Assembly: GCF_003945235.1 (NCBI RefSeq)
Contig: NZ_RSDW01000001.1
Span: 3,450,001 to 3,482,000, forward strand
Length of the DNA stretch: 32,000 nucleotides
From: Edaphobacter aggregans
GTDB taxonomy: Bacteria > Acidobacteriota > Terriglobia > Terriglobales > Acidobacteriaceae
Reading direction: 5' to 3'
Both the position numbers and the translations under genes were made by a program. Below the pieces are notes generated by a model, which was not told the origin of the DNA, did no database searches, and worked only from the letters and a program-made list of their open reading frames with translations. Numbering within the stretch: the stretch's first letter is position 1; every line of letters begins with the position of its first letter. This document shows, one piece after another, positions 1 through 6,838 of this stretch.

Positions 1-35
1 GCGATGGGTAGCGTTAGCCGTTGAAGCGAGAAAAC

Positions 36-1037
36 ATGAGTCGCATATTTGAGGCGTTACAAAGATCGGAAGCCGAACGCTCTGAGATTGATTTGACAGT
101 GGTGTCAGAAGCAACTGAAGTGCTGCGGCGCGTCGAACGTGAATCAGCATTGAAATGGGATACGCCAGGTTCGTCTGAACAGATTGATGCAACGAAAAAC
201 TCTGACCGTGAGATGTTGTTCGGCCAATCAGGGAAGTCGCCGGTAGGGACGACACCTGGAACTCATATAGGCGCCAAGCTTTGGCAGGTTGAAGAGCGGC
301 TGGATCCGTTTGGCCAATTCCAATCCCTGGAGATTTCGCTTACTTCTCAAAGTCGACTGGTAAGTCTGACGGACAGCGGGAGTCCGGCGGCGGAAGCTCT
401 CCGCCTTCTAGGGGTGCGGTTACGACATCTCCGGCGCGATCGGACGCTTAGGAAAGTGCTGATTACGAGCACAATTCCTCAAGAGGGCAAGAGCATGATT
501 GCTGCTAACCTAGCTTGCACTCTCGCTCTAAGGACTCAACAAAGAATTTTAGTGTTGGAGGGAGATTTGCGGCGTCCGTCTTTATCGCGGATGTTCGGGC
601 TCGGAAGGAATCCGGGCCTCTGTGAATGGCTGCGAGGCGAGCGCAGCTTGACGGAGAGTATCTACCATCTCGAAGGCCAGGATCTTTGGATATTGCCCGC
701 AGGCAGTGCTCCCAGCAATGCACTGGAACTACTGCAATCGGGAAAATTATCTGAGCTGATGGATCAATTAACCGTGTTGTTTGATTGGATCATCATCGAT
801 TCTCCTCCCGTACTGCCTTTGGCTGACACAAGCGTCTGGATGCGGTTGGCAGACGGAATTCTTCTAATTACGCGTCAAGGAACCACAGAAAGGCGACAAT
901 TAAAGAAAGGACTCGAAGCGCTCGAGCCTAGAAAGTTGATCGGTGCGCTAGTGAATAGTTCAAAGAACGCGGCAACCAGTGACTACTACTACAGTCCTTC
1001 AACGGCTTCACGGTTGAACGACGCTTCGGCAGAATAA
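36..1037 (+). CDS. BY-kinase-type polysaccharide tyrosine autokinase, cytoplasmic ATPase module (CpsD/CapB/EpsG-like; split Wzc)
   Basis: ORF 21..1037. ATG at 36 gives the N-terminus MSRIFEALQRSE. Motifs: Walker A-like 'PQEGKSMIAANLA', Walker A' 'VLEGDLRRPS', Walker B 'WIIIDSPPVLPLADT', C-terminal Tyr cluster 'SDYYYSPS'. No TM segment, so the Wzz-like membrane partner must be a separate protein, probably upstream of the window. Confidence 0.85.
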   Translation: MSRIFEALQRSEAERSEIDLTVVSEATEVLRRVERESALKWDTPGSSEQIDATKNSDREMLFGQSGKSPVGTTPGTHIGAKLWQVEERLDPFGQFQSLEISLTSQSRLVSLTDSGSPAAEALRLLGVRLRHLRRDRTLRKVLITSTIPQEGKSMIAANLACTLALRTQQRILVLEGDLRRPSLSRMFGLGRNPGLCEWLRGERSLTESIYHLEGQDLWILPAGSAPSNALELLQSGKLSELMDQLTVLFDWIIIDSPPVLPLADTSVWMRLADGILLITRQGTTERRQLKKGLEALEPRKLIGALVNSSKNAATSDYYYSPSTASRLNDASAE

Positions 1038-1210
1038 TTCTCTGATTCTCTTATATCCAAAGTCGCCCCATACAGACCCTATTTACACGAACAGTTCTAA
1101 TCGCTTGTTTTTCTCTTACCTCAAGAAAAAATAAGTTAAGAACAAGCTATGAACAATCGTTCCTAACAGACAACAAAAAAGTAAATTGGCCACAAAGAGA
1201 GGAGTTGGCT

Positions 1211-2365
1211 GTGACTCTGCTGCGTATGGATAAAGCTTCAAATCCGGCTGACCCTCTATTAGAGTGGTTATCCATTGGAACGCGCGAGGTTCTGAACGAA
1301 GGAACCTTTAAGAGAATGATTGCCGTCGAGCGCAAAAGGACGGAGCGTTCCAGGGAGCCGTTCCTTCTTATGTTGCTGGAGGCTGGCAATCCTCAGGGTT
1401 CGGAAAAGAATGGAAAAGTTCTCGACAGTATGCTGTCTGCCCTGCTGGTATCCATCAGGGAAACCGACGTAATCGGCTGGTACAAAGATGGTACTACCGT
1501 TGGTGTAATGTTTACGGGACTCGCGGGCAATGACAAGAACTCGATCCTGAGCGTGATCTTAAGCAAGGTGAGCACGACGCTAAAAGCCCAGTTGACATCA
1601 GACCATCTTAGTCAAGTAAGTATCTCCTTCCATTTCTTTCCCGATGACTGGGGCCATGACAACTCCGGACGCCCAAGCAATCCATCTTTGTATCCGGATC
1701 TGTTGAGCCCGGATAAGCGGAGATGTGTCCTGCTGCGCATCAAACAAGTAATGGATGTTGCCGGAAGTGCACTGATACTAATCCTTTGTACGCCTCTACT
1801 TTTGGTGATTGCAGTGGCAATCAAGGCGTCATCCAAAGGGCCTGTCCTTTTTCGGCAACAGCGAGTCGGACAGTACGGCCAAAGCTTTACATTCCTGAAA
1901 TTCAGATCGATGCACACAAACAATGACCATAGCGTTCACAAAGAGTATGTGACTAAATTAATTGCAGGTGAGGCAGAGCATAAACCGTTCAACGGGAATG
2001 GTGAGGGCGTATATAAGCTCACGAACGATACGCGAGTCACACGAGTAGGAAAATTCTTGCGCAGAACTAGTCTGGATGAGTTGCCACAGCTGGTGAATGT
2101 CCTGAAAGGGGATATGTCGCTTGTCGGCCCTCGTCCGGCAATTCCATATGAGTTGGCAGCATATCAGACGTGGCATCGTCGCCGTGTATTGGGGGTCAAA
2201 CCCGGGATTACTGGGTTGTGGCAGGTTAATGGTCGAAGTAGTGTTAAATTCGACGAAATGGTTCGTTTGGATCTGCGATATGCCACGTCTTGGTCACCTT
2301 GGCTCGACTTTAAGATCCTTATGCTTACCCCTCGTGCGGTGATCAAGGGTGCGGGCGCCTGTTGA
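1211..2365 (+). CDS. Priming polyprenyl-phosphate sugar-1-phosphate transferase (bacterial sugar transferase family) with an N-terminal degenerate GGDEF-like domain
   Basis: The C-terminal half carries 'KGPVLFRQQRVGQYGQSFTFLKFRSM', 'DELPQLVNVLKGDMSLVGPRP' and 'PGITGLWQVNGRS'. One hydrophobic helix, 'GSALILILCTPLLLVIAVAI', lies directly before it (monotopic PglC/WcaJ-C-terminal type). SD AGAGAGGAG at 1196-1204 favours GTG 1211; ATG 1226 is also possible, and the track start TTG 1205 abuts the SD. The N-terminal ~170 aa are discussed in findings. Confidence 0.85.
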   Translation: MTLLRMDKASNPADPLLEWLSIGTREVLNEGTFKRMIAVERKRTERSREPFLLMLLEAGNPQGSEKNGKVLDSMLSALLVSIRETDVIGWYKDGTTVGVMFTGLAGNDKNSILSVILSKVSTTLKAQLTSDHLSQVSISFHFFPDDWGHDNSGRPSNPSLYPDLLSPDKRRCVLLRIKQVMDVAGSALILILCTPLLLVIAVAIKASSKGPVLFRQQRVGQYGQSFTFLKFRSMHTNNDHSVHKEYVTKLIAGEAEHKPFNGNGEGVYKLTNDTRVTRVGKFLRRTSLDELPQLVNVLKGDMSLVGPRPAIPYELAAYQTWHRRRVLGVKPGITGLWQVNGRSSVKFDEMVRLDLRYATSWSPWLDFKILMLTPRAVIKGAGAC

Positions 2366-2541
2366 GTTTCATACATGCCAGAAGGTGTTGTGGCGAAGCT
2401 AGTCTGCGCATCAGAAATACAGCTTTTATCTCACGAGAAATAAGGCAATTCTAGCTCCTTAGAGCCCGCTTCGCCCATTAGGGACGCATCGCCCTCGTAT
2501 ACGCATTTCAATTATCTGTAGTTCGGAGATCCCTGAAAATC

Positions 2542-3540
2542 ATGAACTTCGGCGTCATTGGCTACGGTTACTGGGGACCAAACGTTGTAAGAAATCTTGC
2601 TAGTCTGGAGGATTCCGAGGTATTGGCAATTGCAGACAAAAGTCCAATCGCACGGAAACGTGCACAGAAAGCTTATCCAGGAATCAAAGTAACTCCAAAC
2701 GCTGCAGAGGTGATCTCATCCCCCAAAATTGATGCCGTTGCAGTTATCACTCCAGTCTGGACACACTACGAACTGGCAAAAGCTGCTTTGGAGAATGGCA
2801 AACACGTGTTTGTCGAGAAACCGTTCACCAGCACTGCCGCGCAAGGAGAAGAGCTGATCAGCCTCGCTCTGCAAAAAAATCTAAAGATCATGGTGGATCA
2901 TACCTTCCTCTTCACAGGAGCGGTAAAGAAAATATCACAACTGCTCGACGAAGGAACGCTCGGTAGGCTCTATTATTATGATTCGACTCGCATCAATCTA
3001 GGTCTCTTCCAGCACGATATCAATGTTCTCTGGGATCTTGCGCCGCATGATCTTTCCATCATGGACTACCTTATTAAAGCAAGCCCTGAGGCAATTGTTG
3101 CGACTGGACAGAAGCACCTTAACGGTTGTGAAGATGTTGCCTACATGACCCTCTATTTTCCCGAGAAAGTCATAGCACATATTAATGTCAACTGGCTATC
3201 CCCAGTAAAAGTTAGGACCACTCTCATCGGTGGGGAGAAGCGGATGCTGGTTTGGAATGACCTCGAAGCAGATGAAAAGGTAAAGGTGTATGACCGAGGA
3301 GTTGACATCACGAGCCGCGAAGGCGTCTACGAACTACTTGTTAACTATCGGTCTGGCGATATGTGGGCTCCTCAACTAGAGCAAGTCGAAGCTCTGCGTC
3401 AAGAGCTGACCTACTTTGTAGATTGCATCTCAAGTGGACAGGAGCCTTTTAATAATGGGTGCGCTGGACTGCGAGTAGTCAACATGCTGGAAGCAGCCAG
3501 TGAATCACTGAACAAGAGTGGGGCTCTGGTGCACCTGTGA
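2542..3540 (+). CDS. Gfo/Idh/MocA-family NAD-dependent oxidoreductase, WbpB/WlbA/GnnA-like UDP-HexNAc(A) 3-dehydrogenase
   Basis: Rossmann N-terminus 'FGVIGYGYWGPNVVRNL' and 'VFVEKPF' (EKP motif). The stop overlaps the start of an LbH acetyltransferase, which is followed by a DegT aminotransferase. This is the classic three-gene logic for 3-amino/3-acetamido sugars. Confidence 0.75.
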   Translation: MNFGVIGYGYWGPNVVRNLASLEDSEVLAIADKSPIARKRAQKAYPGIKVTPNAAEVISSPKIDAVAVITPVWTHYELAKAALENGKHVFVEKPFTSTAAQGEELISLALQKNLKIMVDHTFLFTGAVKKISQLLDEGTLGRLYYYDSTRINLGLFQHDINVLWDLAPHDLSIMDYLIKASPEAIVATGQKHLNGCEDVAYMTLYFPEKVIAHINVNWLSPVKVRTTLIGGEKRMLVWNDLEADEKVKVYDRGVDITSREGVYELLVNYRSGDMWAPQLEQVEALRQELTYFVDCISSGQEPFNNGCAGLRVVNMLEAASESLNKSGALVHL

Positions 3541-4043
3541 ACTCGTACAATTGCATTGCGGACGATGTCAAATTGGGAACAAATGTTCGACTGTCGAAGT
3601 TCATAAATCTTTATGGATGCGAAGTCGGTGACGACACGAAGATCGGTGCGTTCGTGGAAATTCAGAAAAATGCCAGCATCGGAAAATGTTGTAAGATCTC
3701 AAGTCACACATTTATCTGCGAGGGAGTGGTTATTGAAGACAACGTCTTCGTCGGGCACGGAGTGACATTTATTAATGACAGCTATCCGCGTGCTACGACT
3801 TTTGAAGGAAATCTACAAACCGAAACGGATTGGAAAGTCGAGCGTACAGTTATAAAAAAAGGCGCATCAATCGGTTCCGGTACTACGATCCTTTCCAATA
3901 CCAATATCGGAGAGAATGCGATCGTGGGTGCCGGCAGCGTAGTCACCAAAGATGTTCCGCCTTACGCCATCGTGGCCGGCAATCCGGCCAAGATCTTGCG
4001 CTACATTGAACAGACTATAAAAGGTCACAATGAACACTTCTAA
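3537..4043 (+). CDS. Left-handed beta-helix (hexapeptide) sugar N-acetyltransferase, WbpD/WlbB-like
   Basis: GTG 3537 overlaps stop TGA 3538-3540 (GTGA coupling). Hexapeptide rungs: 'IGAFVEIQKNASIGKCCKISSHTFICEGVVIEDNVFVGHGVTF' and 'IGSGTTILSNTNIGENAIVGAGSVV'. C-terminal 'VPPYAIVAGNPAKILR'. Confidence 0.75.
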   Translation: MNSYNCIADDVKLGTNVRLSKFINLYGCEVGDDTKIGAFVEIQKNASIGKCCKISSHTFICEGVVIEDNVFVGHGVTFINDSYPRATTFEGNLQTETDWKVERTVIKKGASIGSGTTILSNTNIGENAIVGAGSVVTKDVPPYAIVAGNPAKILRYIEQTIKGHNEHF

Positions 4044-5277
4044 TAACATTCCCTTTATTGACCTCGTCACTCCGCACATAGAGTTAGAGCAAGAACTTAC
4101 TGGTGTATTTCGTCGAGCTCTACAGACAGCCGACTTCGTTGGCGGACCCATGGTCAAGGACTTTGAGGAGGCCTTTGCCACTTTTTGTGACACGAACCAC
4201 TCGATTGCGGTTAGTAGCGGTACTGACGCTTTGCGATTCGCTATTGCAGCATGCGGGGTCAAGTCCGGTGATGTTGTGCTCACTGTGCCACATACATTCA
4301 TCGCAACCACGGAGGCCATTTCGCAAGCTGGTGCTATACCGGAATTTATCGATATTGACGAACACACCTACAACATATCGGTCGAGATGCTTCAGCAGTA
4401 TTTGGAAGAGCAATGCACGCGGACCCGATCGGGCAAGCTCGTCAGCCTTAGAAGCGGACGACCAGTAACTGCGATAGTGCCGGTGCATCTTTATGGTCAG
4501 ATGGCTGATATGGATTCAATCCTGAGGCTAGCGGAACGCTATAGTCTGACAGTGATTGAAGATGCCTGCCAAGCACACGGTGCTGAGTACTTCTCTAAAA
4601 ACCTGAATCGTTGGATGAAAGCTGGTTCGATGGGTCGCGCCGCCGCATTCAGCTTCTACCCGGGAAAAAACCTCGGGGCGTGCGGCGAAGCCGGTGCAAT
4701 CACAACGAATGATGCCGACATAGCCAAAAAGATCAAAATGCTGCGTGATCACGGCCAGACGACAAAGTACTATCACGAAATAGAAGGCTATAATGGACGG
4801 GCGGACGCGATCCAAGCCGGGCTTCTGCACATAAAGTTAGTTCATTTAGCAAAATGGAACGCCCAGCGTCGCGAGCGAGCAGAAGAATATAACCGCTTGC
4901 TGGCAACAAACGATGTCTTGACTCTTCCGCATGAGCCTTCGTGGTCGCGTGCTGTGTATCACCTCTATGTAATCCGCACTAAAGACCGCGGCGGTATGAT
5001 GAATCATTTAAAAAATGTTGGCATTGGGACGGGAATTCATTATCCGGTTCCCCTGCACTTGCAGAAGGCTTATGTCTCACTAAATTACTGTCTGGAAGAC
5101 TTTCCGGTGACGCGAAAAGCCGCTCGCGAAATCCTCTCCCTGCCAATGTTCCCGCAGCTTACAGCAGACAAACAAGCCAGGGTGGCCCAAGAGATTCAGA
5201 TATTTTCTTCCACGGCTCCTCTTAGCCGGGCGGAGAACGAGGATAATCTACTGGTAGCTGCGGATAGAGTTGCATAA
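4030..5277 (+). CDS. DegT/DnrJ/EryC1/StrS-family PLP-dependent sugar aminotransferase (WbpE/WlbC/GnnB-like)
   Basis: Motifs 'GTDALRFAIAACGVKSGDVVLTVPHTFIATTEAI', 'VIEDACQAHGAEY', PLP-lysine context 'AFSFYPGKNLGACGEAGAI' and 'YYHEIEGYNGRADAIQAG'. ATG 4030 overlaps the upstream gene by 14 nt. Confidence 0.85.
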   Translation: MNTSNNIPFIDLVTPHIELEQELTGVFRRALQTADFVGGPMVKDFEEAFATFCDTNHSIAVSSGTDALRFAIAACGVKSGDVVLTVPHTFIATTEAISQAGAIPEFIDIDEHTYNISVEMLQQYLEEQCTRTRSGKLVSLRSGRPVTAIVPVHLYGQMADMDSILRLAERYSLTVIEDACQAHGAEYFSKNLNRWMKAGSMGRAAAFSFYPGKNLGACGEAGAITTNDADIAKKIKMLRDHGQTTKYYHEIEGYNGRADAIQAGLLHIKLVHLAKWNAQRRERAEEYNRLLATNDVLTLPHEPSWSRAVYHLYVIRTKDRGGMMNHLKNVGIGTGIHYPVPLHLQKAYVSLNYCLEDFPVTRKAAREILSLPMFPQLTADKQARVAQEIQIFSSTAPLSRAENEDNLLVAADRVA

Positions 5278-5605
5278 GATAGCGTTCCTTCCCAAAGTAT
5301 TGCGAAGTGAAACTGCCGTTGGCATCTTACCAATTAGGACGGCTGGATCTTCGCTGTCGAAGCTCCGGTTTTATAAGTCACAAACACCGTCCCACTCCTG
5401 CAGTAGCGTTCGTTGCGGTAGTCAGTCTGGTGAATTCATCTCGTGAGACATTCGAAGTTCATCGCTTGGGAGTGTAAAAAATTGGGCCATAAGTCTCTCG
5501 AAAAAGATGAGACACGAGGCACCTCTTTTCTTCTTTTGGAATTGTCTACGGGTTGGTGAATTTATCAGCACCAAGGGTTGCTGACATGGGTGGAAATGGT
5601 CTTCA

Positions 5606-6838
5606 ATGCGTAAAAAAGTCGCCATCGCAGTCTGCATTGTCGTAGAAAATCTACCTGTACCTCTTGACAGGCGCGTATGGAAGGAAGCATGCGCACTACG
5701 TGATGCTGGATATCGAGTTTCAGTTATTTGTCCCAAAGGAAAGGGCTTCACTGCGGGATACGAGACTCTTGATGGAATCGAAATCTACCGTCATCGCGTA
5801 TGGGAGGCCTCGGGCGTACTTGGGTATCTTGTGGAGTATAGTGTCGCCCTGACTGCCGAATTGCTTCTGGCGTTAAAAGTCTTTTCCCGCACAAGATTTC
5901 GCATTCTGCAAGCATGCAATCCTCCAGACACGATTTTCCTAATAGGACTACTGCTGAAACCTCTTGGAGTCCGATTTATCTTCGACCAGCACGACCTTGG
6001 TCCAGAACTCTTTGAGGCGAAGTTCGGCAAGCATAGCGGCTTGCTTTATAGGTTAGCTCGATTGTTTGAGCTGTGCTCTTTCCGAGTAGCAAGCACATGT
6101 ATCGCAACAAACGAATCCTTTAGGGATATTGCGATCACCCGTGGAGGAAAGCGTCCGGAAAACGTCTTCATTGTGCGGAACTGCCCCGATATTGCCACAT
6201 TCCGCCGGCTCCAACCTAGAAATGGCAATACGTTTGGCAGATCGCTACTCGTGGTCTATGTGGGCTTCATGGGAACTCAAGATGGTCTGGATTTGCTACT
6301 TGAATCCATCGAACACATCGTGAAATGTGAAAATCGGCAAGACACACATTTTCTTCTCGTCGGGGGAGGACCAATACTTCCGGAGTTGCAGGAAGTAATC
6401 GCTAAGAAGCACTTGGACGCTTTTGTGACTCTCACTGGTCAAGTGTCCCATGCCGAAGTAGTCACCTATCTCTCCCAAGCAGACTTGGGTGTCGCGACAG
6501 ATCCGAAAAATGCAATGAATGATAACTCTACAATGATCAAGATTTTTGAATACATGGCGTTCAATTTGCCAGTCGTACTTTTTGACTTAAAGGAGGGGCG
6601 ACGCATAGCAGACTCCGCAGCGTTGTATGCCATTCCAAATGATCCCATAGATTTTGCCAAACAAATCGGCCGGTTGCTAGATTCTGGGGAACTCCGTCAA
6701 GAACTTGGTCAACGTGGCCGTAGACGGATAGAAGAGAAGTTGAACTGGGAAACAGAAAAAGTGTCCTTACTTCGAGCGTATGAAACAGCGCTTCAGTTTA
6801 CTCACATATTGAGAGTGCAAGAGAACCAGATCCGATGA
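5606..6838 (+). CDS. Glycosyltransferase family 4 (GT-B, group 1)
   Basis: N-terminus 'KVAIAVCIVVENLPVPLDRRVWKEACALRDAGYRVSVICP'. C-terminal donor-binding half: 'VGFMGTQDGLDLLLE', 'LLVGGGP', 'KIFEYMAFNLPVVLFD'. Confidence 0.8.
   Translation: MRKKVAIAVCIVVENLPVPLDRRVWKEACALRDAGYRVSVICPKGKGFTAGYETLDGIEIYRHRVWEASGVLGYLVEYSVALTAELLLALKVFSRTRFRILQACNPPDTIFLIGLLLKPLGVRFIFDQHDLGPELFEAKFGKHSGLLYRLARLFELCSFRVASTCIATNESFRDIAITRGGKRPENVFIVRNCPDIATFRRLQPRNGNTFGRSLLVVYVGFMGTQDGLDLLLESIEHIVKCENRQDTHFLLVGGGPILPELQEVIAKKHLDAFVTLTGQVSHAEVVTYLSQADLGVATDPKNAMNDNSTMIKIFEYMAFNLPVVLFDLKEGRRIADSAALYAIPNDPIDFAKQIGRLLDSGELRQELGQRGRRRIEEKLNWETEKVSLLRAYETALQFTHILRVQENQIR

Noticed and set aside
3867-4367. Long antisense ORFs inside strongly supported genes (e.g. 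3867-4367, 13186-13668, 16479-16904, 17047-17493, 23669-24145, all minus strand)
   Set aside because: Each lies fully opposite a CDS with clear family motifs. The translations are low-complexity Arg/Ser/Ala-rich shadows typical of antisense frames.
5422-5751. 109-aa minus-strand ORF spanning the intergenic region and the 5' end of the GT4 gene
   Set aside because: It overlaps a well-supported plus-strand GT4 start, and its composition is Arg/Ser/Thr-rich antisense-type with no motifs.
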